Below are positions 29,987-39,800 of a DNA stretch of 64,000 nt, piece after piece. The notes under the pieces are model-generated. The model worked only from the letters and a program-made list of their open reading frames with translations, ran no database searches and was not told the origin of the DNA. A program made the position numbers and the translations under genes. The stretch covers positions 48,102 through 112,101 of the forward strand of contig JANWWA010000006.1 of the NCBI GenBank assembly GCA_025056565.1. The letters run 5' to 3'. Source of the stretch: Chloroherpetonaceae bacterium (GTDB lineage: Bacteria; Bacteroidota; Chlorobiia; Chlorobiales; Thermochlorobacteraceae). How positions within the stretch are numbered: the first letter of the stretch is position 1; the number at the start of each line of letters is the position of its first letter.

Positions 29987-30904
29987 ATGAAGCAGCGTAA
30001 GATTTTTCTGGGTTCATTTTTAGTTGTATCTGGCATTATCTTTTTTCTACGTAACCTCGACCTTTTTCCACTTGAACTTGGATATGCATCTCGATACTGG
30101 GCAGTGATCCTAATTCTCATTGGTGGCAGCTTGCTGATTGAGAACCAACTGCTCAAAGGTATTTTGACAGGTGGCGCTGCCGCCGTGCTGGCACTTGTCC
30201 TCTGGTCTTCCATCTTCAATTTCAAAGGTTTTTGGAAATCTCGAGTTACGGAAATTTCTGGATTTCCAAAATCTGCAAAATCTTACTTTCTCTCCGAAGA
30301 TTTCGACTCCACCACTCAGCGCGTCAAGCTCAAAATTGATGCCGGTGTTGGTGAATACACACTTGCTGACACTACCACTGGCTATCTTATCCTTGCAGAA
30401 GCCTATACGAACTTTGGAGATTATGCCTTGAAGCGAGAGCGCCATCAAGGATACGATGAACTATCACTTAAAATCAAACCCGAGTCCGTTTCTTTTGGCT
30501 GGGGGATTTCCCTGAAAAACCGTGTTACACTTCAACTTAATCCCAACCCAATCTGGGAGTTAGAACTTGATGCAGGCGCTTCCTCTGTTGATTTTGACCT
30601 TAGTAAATTGAAAGTCGAGAAACTTAGTATTGGTGCTGGTGCTTCATCAGTAGATTTAAAGTTAGGCGATTTAGCAAAGGAGCTTTTTGTTCGAATTGAC
30701 GCTGGCGCTGCGTCGCTGGATATCTCTCTTCCCAAAAGCGTTGGTTGCAAGATTGAAAGTCGTGGTGCACTTGCGAGCCATGATTTTGAGGGCTTTATGC
30801 GAAAAGGCAGAGACTACTACACTGAGAATTTTGAGTCCAGTGCCAAGAAAATTTACATTGATATTGATTCAGGTGTCTCGAGCATTTCCATTCATCGCTA
30901 CTAA
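29987..30904 (+). CDS. LiaF-like / toastrack-type membrane protein
   Basis: 305 aa. Two or three N-terminal TM helices. The C-terminal domain has a threefold internal repeat (LDAGASSVDFDL / IGAGASSVDLKL / IDAGAASLDISL). Its position right after a PspC gene is a common envelope-stress pairing. Confidence 0.6.
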   Translation: MKQRKIFLGSFLVVSGIIFFLRNLDLFPLELGYASRYWAVILILIGGSLLIENQLLKGILTGGAAAVLALVLWSSIFNFKGFWKSRVTEISGFPKSAKSYFLSEDFDSTTQRVKLKIDAGVGEYTLADTTTGYLILAEAYTNFGDYALKRERHQGYDELSLKIKPESVSFGWGISLKNRVTLQLNPNPIWELELDAGASSVDFDLSKLKVEKLSIGAGASSVDLKLGDLAKELFVRIDAGAASLDISLPKSVGCKIESRGALASHDFEGFMRKGRDYYTENFESSAKKIYIDIDSGVSSISIHRY

Positions 30905-30907
30905 GTT

Positions 30908-31756
30908 TTACTCCTTTACGCTTCCCAAAGTCAAGCCACTGATGAGGTAGCGCGAAAGGCTGACAAACAACACGACGACTGGCACGCTTACCACGATAGC
31001 AGCTGCTGAATACAGCCCCCACGCTACCTCTAAATCGCTTTGGAAGGCTTTTAGCCCCATCGGCAGCGTAAATAAACTGGGATCTTGGATCAAGACAGCA
31101 GCTACCAGATATTCGCTCCAAGCAGTCATAAAGGAAAAGAGTGCAGTGATTGCCAGCGCTGGCTTTGCTAGTGGAAAAATAATTTTCCAAAATGTTTGGA
31201 TTTCTGTGCATCCGTCAATTCTTGCCGCTTCTTCCAAGCTGCGTGGAATGGTATCATAAAATCCTTTCATTTGCCAGACACAAAAAGGCAGTGCAGTTGC
31301 TGTGTAAGCCACAATTAAACCTGAATAGGAATCATAAATTTCTAGCTTAATTAGCATGATGAAAAGTGGCAGCAGCAGCATCGTAACAGGGAACATTTGA
31401 GTTGCAATCAGTAAAATCATCGCAGGGTCGCGCCCGATAAACTTGTATCGGCTAAATGCATAGCCAGCCGTGGATGCCAGTCCAACTGAAACCAGCGTTA
31501 CCACCAACGACACCAACATACTATTAAATGCCCACTTCAAAAAAGGATGTTTTGTAAAGATATCGACATAGTTCTGAAATGTTGCGCCTTCTGGAATTAA
31601 CTCTAGCTTTGATGAAAAGAGGTTATTACTCGGTCTTAGTGAAATCTTGAAGACTTCAACAATTGGGAAGAGTGAAAAAAGGCAAAACAAAACAAGTATC
31701 GCGTAAATTCCTATCTTTGTGATTGGTGAAACATCTCTTGGATTTCTCATTTTCAA
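30908..31756 (-). CDS. ABC sugar transporter permease (MalG-like, CUT1)
   Basis: 282 aa with six TM segments. EAA loop EAARIDGCTEIQTFWKIIFPLAKP. Confidence 0.9.
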   Translation of the reverse strand: MKMRNPRDVSPITKIGIYAILVLFCLFSLFPIVEVFKISLRPSNNLFSSKLELIPEGATFQNYVDIFTKHPFLKWAFNSMLVSLVVTLVSVGLASTAGYAFSRYKFIGRDPAMILLIATQMFPVTMLLLPLFIMLIKLEIYDSYSGLIVAYTATALPFCVWQMKGFYDTIPRSLEEAARIDGCTEIQTFWKIIFPLAKPALAITALFSFMTAWSEYLVAAVLIQDPSLFTLPMGLKAFQSDLEVAWGLYSAAAIVVSVPVVVLFVSLSRYLISGLTLGSVKE

Positions 31757-31770
31757 ACCAACTTTTTGTT

Positions 31771-32730
31771 TTAGTAAACGCTTTGCGTTGCCTTTGTTCT
31801 CTTAATGAAATTCCAACTAAACACAAGCAGCATCACAAAGATAATCATTGAAAACGCAGCTGCATAACCAATTCGGAAGTAGTTCAAACCCACCTTATAG
31901 ACCCAACTTACGAGAATGTGTGTTTGGTCAGATGGCTCACCACCATTGCTTACTAGCCACACTACGTTGAAGTTATTAAAAGTCCAAATTGTGCCTAGTG
32001 TGATAGCAGGTATCATTACTGGCTTTAGGAGCGGAATTGTAATGTGTCGCAACTTATGATACCAGTTCGCTCCATCGATCTCTGCAGCCTCATATAGTGC
32101 ATCAGGGATAGACTGCAGGCCTCCTAGTGCTACTACCATCATAAACGGAAACCCTAACCAGATATTTGCAATTAAGCAAGCGGCAAATGCTCCCCACTCG
32201 GTGCTGAGCCACTGCACACGCTCTAACCCTAGTACTGCCAACACTTGATTTACTGCACCGTATTCCGAATTAAACAGACCGCGCCAGTTCAGCGCCGTAA
32301 TATATTGGGGCACTGCCCAAGGTAAAATCAAGATAACACGAAACAGGTTTTTTGCCCGAATATTTTTATCCAATAAAATCGCCAAAAATACACCGATTGT
32401 TACATGAAAGAAAACATTTGTTGCTGTCCAAAGTATTGTTTTGAATAAAAACCACCAGAACTTCGAATCGGTCAGCACACTGATATAGTTTGAAAAACCT
32501 TTGAAGCGCCAATCTTGGAAATGCTCTAAGTTCATATTGCTAAAGCTTACCACCACATTGTAAATAAATGGGTAAAGCACCACCGCTGCCATCACAATTA
32601 GAGCAGGTAGCGCATAAAGGTAAGGCACAGGATTAAATTTCTTCCCTGCTGGTTCGTGCGTCTGACCATCTTGCGTCGTTGCACTTTGCTGTGCAACGCT
32701 CGTCCTCTCCAATTTCGTGGCTACTTGCAT
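31771..32730 (-). CDS. ABC sugar transporter permease (MalF-like, CUT1)
   Basis: 319 aa. EAA loop EAAEIDGANWYHKLRHITIPLLKP. ILILPWAVPQYITALNWRGLFN is typical of MalF-type permeases. Confidence 0.9.
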   Translation of the reverse strand: MQVATKLERTSVAQQSATTQDGQTHEPAGKKFNPVPYLYALPALIVMAAVVLYPFIYNVVVSFSNMNLEHFQDWRFKGFSNYISVLTDSKFWWFLFKTILWTATNVFFHVTIGVFLAILLDKNIRAKNLFRVILILPWAVPQYITALNWRGLFNSEYGAVNQVLAVLGLERVQWLSTEWGAFAACLIANIWLGFPFMMVVALGGLQSIPDALYEAAEIDGANWYHKLRHITIPLLKPVMIPAITLGTIWTFNNFNVVWLVSNGGEPSDQTHILVSWVYKVGLNYFRIGYAAAFSMIIFVMLLVFSWNFIKRTKATQSVY

Positions 32731-32734
32731 ACTA

Positions 32735-34021
32735 CTATTCTCTCATTTCTTTAATGAGTTTGACAGCTAAGTCTTGCATTTCTTTAGCTGCTTCGGTCGG
32801 CGACTTGCTGCCATTAATAACCGATTGATAAGCCGGTCGCATTGAATCCCAGATTACACGCATTTCGCTCACAACAGGCATTGCCACTCCAACGCTTAGT
32901 TGTTCAAACGACCCTCGCAAAATTTCGTCTTCCTGCAGGATAGGGTCACGGTAGGCTTCCACACGCGCAGGAATAGTGCCTGCTCGACGTGTGTATTCTA
33001 GCATCACCTCTGGGCTGCAGAGAAACCTTAACAATTTGCAAGTTGCTTCCAATTTTTCCCCTTTCGTGTTGACATTAATACTGTAGCCTCGTGGCGAAAT
33101 CATCGGTGCAGGGTATTTTCCTGTTTCATCAATCATCGGTATTCTTGCCACACCGAAATTAATTCTCGCTTCTTTGTAGCCTGCCCACGCCCAAGGACCG
33201 TTGATAATCATTGCTGCTTTTCCTTCTCTGAATAGCGTATTCGCTGTGTTGTAATCGCATTCCTGTGGAATAATTCTATGCTTGTCTCGCAAATCTTTAA
33301 TTAGCTGAGCCGCTCTCACAGTTGCTTCACTATTTAATTTTGGTTCGGCGTTTTCATTCATTACGATTCCACCGTATCCGCCAAGAAACGGCACAAAAAA
33401 ATACGGCTCGGTGTAGTTCCATACCAATGCGTATTGGTCAGGCTTTCCATCGCCGTCGAGATCTTTCGTGAAAGTCTTCCCCCACTCAATGAGTTCATTC
33501 ATCGTTTTCGGGGGCGTTGGAATTAAATCCTTGTTATACACTAAGCAAAGGTGGTTACCAATCTGGTCACCAATTTGGTATAAATGTCCATCTAAGTAAG
33601 TGTTTGCAGGAATAGGCTTTGTGATAAAACTATCTAAAAAGGCTGGCTCAAACAAGTTTTCCAGCGGTTGAATAACCCCCAACTTTACAAACGGTCCTAC
33701 CATATCGCTTGGACCGTAGACCAAATCTGGGCCTGAGCCACCTAACGCTGCAATCATAAAATTTGTCCGAAGTTGCTCCGTCTCGTAATACAACTCTCGA
33801 AAGCGGTATCCTTTTTCTGTAAGTAATTTGCCATCAGGGTGCTCCACTGCGAACTTTACTAACATTTCACTTAACACCTTCCGCTCACCGGGATTCATTT
33901 GCGTCCAAACCGTAATCACTTTTTCGCGTTCATTTGCACAGCCCCAAAGTAAGGCAGCAACAATTAAAAGCCATTTTTTTGACTCTAAGATTCTTGCGCT
34001 TCGCTTCGTGCGCTGCTTCAT
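32735..34021 (-). CDS. ABC substrate-binding lipoprotein, MalE-like (maltose/maltodextrin-type)
   Basis: 428 aa. Lipobox LLWGC. IINGPWAWAGYKEARINFGVARIP parallels E. coli MalE [23 protein letters not shown]. The C-terminal MPVVSEMRVIWDSMRPAYQSVING parallels MalE [21 protein letters not shown]. Confidence 0.85.
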   Translation of the reverse strand: MKQRTKRSARILESKKWLLIVAALLWGCANEREKVITVWTQMNPGERKVLSEMLVKFAVEHPDGKLLTEKGYRFRELYYETEQLRTNFMIAALGGSGPDLVYGPSDMVGPFVKLGVIQPLENLFEPAFLDSFITKPIPANTYLDGHLYQIGDQIGNHLCLVYNKDLIPTPPKTMNELIEWGKTFTKDLDGDGKPDQYALVWNYTEPYFFVPFLGGYGGIVMNENAEPKLNSEATVRAAQLIKDLRDKHRIIPQECDYNTANTLFREGKAAMIINGPWAWAGYKEARINFGVARIPMIDETGKYPAPMISPRGYSINVNTKGEKLEATCKLLRFLCSPEVMLEYTRRAGTIPARVEAYRDPILQEDEILRGSFEQLSVGVAMPVVSEMRVIWDSMRPAYQSVINGSKSPTEAAKEMQDLAVKLIKEMRE

Positions 34022-34028
34022 ACCGCGG

Positions 34029-34070
34029 AAAAATATTAAAAGACAAGGCTCGGCAGTATGCCGAGCCTTG
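34029..34070 (-). terminator. intrinsic-terminator-like hairpin between the CBM-like gene and the SBP gene
   Basis: Perfect 12-bp stem (CAAGGCTCGGCA at 34044-34055 and TGCCGAGCCTTG at 34059-34070) with a 3-nt loop. On the minus strand it is followed by TCTTTTAATATTTTT. The T-tract ends about 8 nt before the SBP ATG (34021). Confidence 0.55.
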
Positions 34071-34085
34071 TCGATTTTGCAGCAA

Positions 34086-35672
34086 TTACTTCACCAGCAT
34101 CATCTTCATTGTTTGCCTGAAGTTGCCGGCGCTGATGCGGTAGAAATACATTCCACTCGAGAGGTTTGTTGCGTTGAACTGCACGGTGTATGTGCCCGCT
34201 GCCAAGCGCTGGTCAACCAGTGTCGCGACTTTGCGACCTAACACGTCAAAGACATCCAGCTGCACATTCTCCGCTGTTGGAATGGAGAAGCGAATGGTCG
34301 TGCTTGGGTTAAACGGGTTCGGATAATTTTGCTCTAAGCGATACTGACGTGCAACAGGCGCTGACAGGTCGCGCTCTGGGGCACTAAGTGATGCATTCCC
34401 GCCTGCAAACACTGCACGCACTGTTGCTGTTGAACCGACTGGAATTGTTGCTGGGAAGTTCACTAAGTAGTCTGCCCCCACCAAGCCTTCATTATCCAAA
34501 CGTCCATTTGCTGGTGATGGATCGTCGAAGATGCCACGGTAGAAGATAGAAAACTTGAATGGCCCAAATGCTGTCGAAGTTGCTGGAATCACTGCCTCAA
34601 AGACACCTGGCGGTTCAGTGCGGCTGGAATCGAGGAAGATGAATCGTTGTGCGGCTGGAATAGCCTGACCAGGTGGTGGTGGGTTCGAGTTGCGCAAAAG
34701 TGAGGTATCGTTCCAGTTCGGCCAAGCTCCGAAGACTCCCTCACCAGCGATATAGAGACCGTAACGCAAGCCGTTTAGGTCGCCACGCAGCGCCCCCGCC
34801 GCACGCAGTGAATCAATGCTTCTGCCGCCCAGCGTGCGCCGGCCGCGCGTATCTAGCACGACACGCACATTGAAGTTTCGGCTTACGCGAATTGCAATCA
34901 CGGGCTTGAGTGGCGTTGGCGTAGCGTCGAGGTCAGCAGTGCCTGTGCCGAAGTTGAATCGACGATTTTCCCCGATTTCCCAGCCACCGTTTGTAAAGCG
35001 CCCACCTGTTGGACTATACGCTTTGAACTTCCACTCCACAGTGCTGTTTTCTTCTGCAGTGATGCTGATTGTATCTACGAAGGTTGAAGTCAAGCCCACA
35101 CGGCGCATTGCGGGTGGCGTGCCTGTCCAGTCTCTGAAAGGTCCTGTAACCCCAATCGTATCGCCTGCACCAAAGCCTGACGCCAAAAGGTCACTCATAT
35201 CGGCTCGGAAAATCACACGGCGAGTGCGGCGTGGAAAGCCTTGCGATGGGTTATCGTTCCAGTAACGTGAAACGGTAAGTGTTTCTGCTGCAGCTTGACG
35301 GAATTCAACTCGGCGGTCATCTCCATCCTCAAATCTCAGTGGGCGACCTGCGGCAAGGTTGCGGTAAGTGAACTTGTAGGTAATTGTGCCGATGTTTGCT
35401 GCACCCAGTGGTCTGAAAGGCCCTGTATAGACAGTGTCGTTTGCATTTGCACTTACCACGCCAATGCGCGTTGAGTCACCCGGTTGCGAGTAGCGACCTC
35501 CTGCACCTGAAAAAATGAGTGCATAGAGCGTGTCGCCCGCTTGAATTTCACCTGTCTGTCTTAAGCGTCGGATATTCACTGAAAAGCGCACCACATCTTG
35601 CGCCTGCGCCCACACATCGGTGGAAGATAGCAGCAGTAGTAACAGTAAAAGCAAGTGATACCTCTTGAACAT
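34086..35672 (-). CDS. secreted T9SS cargo protein with tandem CBM20/48-like modules
   Basis: 528 aa. Signal peptide MFKRYHLLLLLLLLLSSTDVWAQA. C-terminal Por secretion tail (NYPNPFNPSTTIRFSIP...SGMYFYRISAGNFRQTMKMMLVK). Internal modules carry starch-binding-like motifs (GDTIGVTGPFRDWTG...VEWKFKAY...GGWEIGENRRFNF and ITYKFTYRN...RFEDGDDRRVEF). Confidence 0.7.
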   Translation of the reverse strand: MFKRYHLLLLLLLLLSSTDVWAQAQDVVRFSVNIRRLRQTGEIQAGDTLYALIFSGAGGRYSQPGDSTRIGVVSANANDTVYTGPFRPLGAANIGTITYKFTYRNLAAGRPLRFEDGDDRRVEFRQAAAETLTVSRYWNDNPSQGFPRRTRRVIFRADMSDLLASGFGAGDTIGVTGPFRDWTGTPPAMRRVGLTSTFVDTISITAEENSTVEWKFKAYSPTGGRFTNGGWEIGENRRFNFGTGTADLDATPTPLKPVIAIRVSRNFNVRVVLDTRGRRTLGGRSIDSLRAAGALRGDLNGLRYGLYIAGEGVFGAWPNWNDTSLLRNSNPPPPGQAIPAAQRFIFLDSSRTEPPGVFEAVIPATSTAFGPFKFSIFYRGIFDDPSPANGRLDNEGLVGADYLVNFPATIPVGSTATVRAVFAGGNASLSAPERDLSAPVARQYRLEQNYPNPFNPSTTIRFSIPTAENVQLDVFDVLGRKVATLVDQRLAAGTYTVQFNATNLSSGMYFYRISAGNFRQTMKMMLVK

Positions 35673-35762
35673 ATTTGCTCCATTAAGTTTTAGTTAAAAA
35701 AGAGTGCCAAACGTTGGTTTGACTAAACAAATAAAGAACGAATTCGTATACTTTGAAATTTA

Positions 35763-36791
35763 TCAAAATTCCAGACTTAATGCGAACCACTGTGGCGGAT
35801 TTAGTCGCCCAAAAGTCTGATAAGTGTAGTCAAAGCGCAGGACAACAGTACTAATCGGGTAGCGCAGGCCTGCACCAAAAGTCAGGCCTTTTTCACTTTC
35901 TCGCTCGAAGAGTGCATTGTAGCCGATGCGCACAAAGAAAATATCTTTCCACGCATATTCGCCGCCAAGATTCAGCGTCTGCCCGTTGTCGAGCGGAATT
36001 GCAGTATCTAAGGCAAACGAGAACCGATTGGTCTCATCACGCAAGACATCGTAACTAACGCCGATTCGGTAAATGAGTGGCAAGTTAAACTGATCGGTGA
36101 GTAGGCGTGCAGGCACATTGCTATTGACGCCCCGCTGCGTGCCGCCAGTTTGGTCATAGTTCACCGTCAGTCCTTCGCCGTCCAAGCGCATTTGCGTGCC
36201 AAAGTTGCTGATGCTTGCACCGAGTTTTAAGCCATTTGGCAGAAGACCCGTATCGTAGTAGAACCCGATATCGAGTGCAAAGGCATTAGCTGCGGTGCGG
36301 AAGATGGATTGATTGATAAACTTCAAGGTGATGCCAACGGAGAAGCGGTCTGTGAGACTTTTACCCCAAGAGAGCTGAGCCGCAAAATCACTGGCAGAAA
36401 AGGTCTCGCCTGTGCCATCTGGGTTAGAGATGGTCGTCACTTCAAAGTTGCCATAGTTTAGCGCTGTAATTGCCACGCCGAAACTGCCTGCAATACCTGC
36501 CGGGACTGTAGCACCTGCCCAGTTGATTTGTGTGCCAATGAGCCACTGCGTATGCGTAAAACCCACGCGAATCTTATCGCTCCGCACAATTCCTGCGGGA
36601 TTCCAGTAGAGTGCAGAAATGTCGTCTGCCAGTGCTACAAAGGCACCGCCAAGTGCCGTTGCTCGCGCTCCCATTCCAATACCTAAAAATGGCGCGGCTG
36701 TAGTGCCAAATTTCGATTGCGCCTGTGCTGCACAGAACGGCAGCCCAACCGCCGTTAGAATGATGAGCCACTTTGAAATTCCCTGCTTCAT
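35763..36791 (-). CDS. porV: PorV/PorQ-family outer-membrane barrel (T9SS-associated)
   Basis: The track ORF starts at 36884. I prefer ATG 36791, preceded by AAGGAGGAAAAA. Signal peptide MKQGISKWLIILTAVGLPFCAAQAQ. GTTAAPFLGIGMGARATALGGAFVALADDISALYWNPAGI matches the PorV N-terminal signature. C-terminal Phe. Confidence 0.75.
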   Translation of the reverse strand: MKQGISKWLIILTAVGLPFCAAQAQSKFGTTAAPFLGIGMGARATALGGAFVALADDISALYWNPAGIVRSDKIRVGFTHTQWLIGTQINWAGATVPAGIAGSFGVAITALNYGNFEVTTISNPDGTGETFSASDFAAQLSWGKSLTDRFSVGITLKFINQSIFRTAANAFALDIGFYYDTGLLPNGLKLGASISNFGTQMRLDGEGLTVNYDQTGGTQRGVNSNVPARLLTDQFNLPLIYRIGVSYDVLRDETNRFSFALDTAIPLDNGQTLNLGGEYAWKDIFFVRIGYNALFERESEKGLTFGAGLRYPISTVVLRFDYTYQTFGRLNPPQWFALSLEF

Positions 36792-36801
36792 TTTTTCCTC
36801 C

Positions 36802-39800
36802 TTACTTGATAACGGCGAACTTGCCGGTTTTTGTGCCAATGCCGGGCGCATCGACATGGTAGAGATAGATGCCATAAGCGACATCTAAATTCTCCGATGT
36901 TTTCAAGTCCCACTCTACTTGCGAGGTTGGATAGGAAAACGTGCCAACGCCTTCATTTTCTCGGTCACGCTTGCCGAAACTGGTATTGCCATCGGGGTTA
37001 TCGGCGTAGAGCGTGCGAATCAGTTCGCCACGAATGGTGTAGATGCGAATCGTAGAGCGCAGCGGCACATTCTTGAAGAAAATTTTTCGTGCCGCGCGTC
37101 CGCGCGTATCGGCACCCACCAGATTGCCTTCGGCTGTGTTGGTTACAATGTAAGGATTCGGGAATACCTTGATATTGTCTAACGCACTCTTTACGCGCTC
37201 AGGGTCTTCAGTTTGTGCTTTGAGTTCGACTGTAAATCGGTCAACCGCTGTGATAGGCCGCTTCGTGCGAATAAACAGCGTATCACCCGGCTTCGGGAAG
37301 TAGCGTGCTGGCGAGATGTTGATGTTCCATGAAAAGAGTGTATCGATTGCTGAACCTTCTGGCTGCTCGCAGATACTGAGATTGACGCCAAATTCGCCAA
37401 TTTCGCTGCCTGTAGCAGGGTCTAAGAAAAACCGCTCGGGTTGCCCAGTCAGTAGGTTAATGACTTGGAAATTCGTGTTGCGCGCAGGCAGCGAGGTTAG
37501 GACGCCATCGACGATTAAGTTCACAGGGCTCGATCGCCCCGGACGCATCACGATAGCGTATTCAGCAGGTTTGCGAATCGCTCTGCCACGAATGCTTGGT
37601 GCAAGCAGTTGTGCAGTAAAGGCATTGAGCCGCGGCACAGTATCTTCGAAAATCGTGCGCACGCCTGGCACACGCCAAAATGCACGATCGAGCCGCGTCT
37701 CTGGCACATTGACAATCGTAAAGAATGTGCCGATTTTGTCAATTAGTGCCGTCTCTTCGGTGGCGCGGTAGAAAAGGTCTCCTTCCTGCGTTTGCTGATA
37801 CAGTGCAGGGTTCCCCAAGAAGCGCTGAAAGACGCCGTTGATAATACCGCTCTGCCGAAGCAGTGTATCAGGACGCGAGGGATTTGTTATATCCAACACG
37901 CGAAAGAAACTTGTGCGTGGTTCAAGTGTTTCGTCAGGGTCAGCCGCATCAAGTAACCCATCGCCATCATTGTCAATACCGTCGTTGCTAGTATCTCTGA
38001 ACTCTACTTGAATGCGCCTATCTCGGTCAATTTTGCGTGGGTTGATGAGGTCATAAATCACGCGACCTGAACCCCGATTTAGTGCACTGGGTCGCAAGGT
38101 ATCAGATGACGGGCTATTGTTACGCAGCCCCGCTTGCTCGGCACGTGGGGTAACCGCTACAGTGTTGGGGCTAAGCAACAATCGACCACGGCCGTCAATA
38201 AAGCCACCAATGCTATTTTCACTCGGTGGAATCGCGGCTGCAGGGTTCGGCACCACGATGACCGAATCACGGCTGATGCGATAGAGCGTATCAAACGGAA
38301 TGTAGCCCCGTGAATATGCTGCCACCGCATAGTAGTAAGTGCGTCCGTTCTCAACATCGGTATCGGTGAAAGTGTGCGTGAGTCCTGTTTCTTTGCCAAG
38401 ATAGAATGCGACACCACGCGATTGCTCTGACAAACCGCGTCCCACCAGTGGGAAGTATCCAAAAACACCGTTGATTTTGTCGAACTGTGCAATTGGCGCT
38501 AATCTAAAGCGCTGCTCGCCTTGTCCGCCTGAAATCACCCGTGCATCGCTGAACTGCGGGTCTGTGCTTTTGTAGATTTTGTATCCCTCGAAGGTAAAGG
38601 CTCTTGGGTCGCGTCGTGTGCCTTCTGCTCCCACAATGCGGCGGTTGATGAAGACATCAAAGTAGTCTTCGGCTTCGCTTGTCCAATAGAGTGTAACGCG
38701 CCGGTCACCTGGAATAGCAGAAAGACGCGGTGCAGGGCGCGGCGGTCCAGCAAAGTTGTAGTTATTGTCATAAATCTCTTGCACAATGTCTTTATTGGTC
38801 AAGATTTCATCGGCGGTTTGACCGAAGACCAGTGCAATGGAGAGCCGTTCCGTTTGTCCGCGCTTCAAAGGAAAGTAGCCTGTGCCGTAGGTATAGTCGC
38901 CATCTTTCGGCACAAGGTCCAGCGTATCGAAGACACCGGGCGTCGTAACACGCCAGAGATCATCAGAGTTGCCCATCTGTGGCGAGGCAGACAGGTCAAA
39001 CTTGTAGCTTGTTAATCCAATCTGGTCTGCTTCTACCACATCTGTTGCATCAAATGCCGATTCGCCCGTCGTCGGTGTGGCGTTGTTTTCACCTCTATCA
39101 CCTGTGCCAGGCCTGCCATCGGTGCCAACATCGTCCAAGAGTGTCCAATTTCCATTGTTGTCTAAACCGTCGTCTCGCCGCTCATCAATCATTGGGAAGC
39201 GTGTGGGGTCATTCAAATTCTCCCCATTGCGCGCCAGTTGAATGTAGTTGATAAAGCGCAGGGGCGGCAAAAGAATGATGCGTGAGCGTCCCGTTACGAT
39301 GTCTGCTTCTAAGCGCGTTCGGCGGAAGTGTAGGCGGTAGTCTTCGTCAATGATACCGTTCAGGTTGTTATCAATCAGGTCGCCTGTGATTTCACGCAAT
39401 GTATCGCCAACCGAAATGGTGCGCGTAATGCCCTGTGAGGTAATGGTAATGCTGCCCGAAGCCGGCATTGTTACGGCACGTCGCCACGAGACTGTATATG
39501 GCTCTGTATAACCTGCTGCTACGCGTGCAGGGGTTTGAATTAAGGTATCATTAATCGTGATAAGAATATCGCCGCCACGGATCACTCTCGGAGCGTTTTC
39601 GCCACGAAAAATACCTCGCTGCACATCTGCGACAAATTCATAAAAGTCGTAGCCTGTCGGCGAGATTTGTCCAACAGGAATTGCCGCAAATTGGCTTGGT
39701 GTCCCTCGATTAGGAATCGCAAACGGCCCACTACCGATTTTGTTCCAGTCATCATCGTTATCAATGCCATCGAAAGGATTGCCTGGGCTTTCTAAGAATG

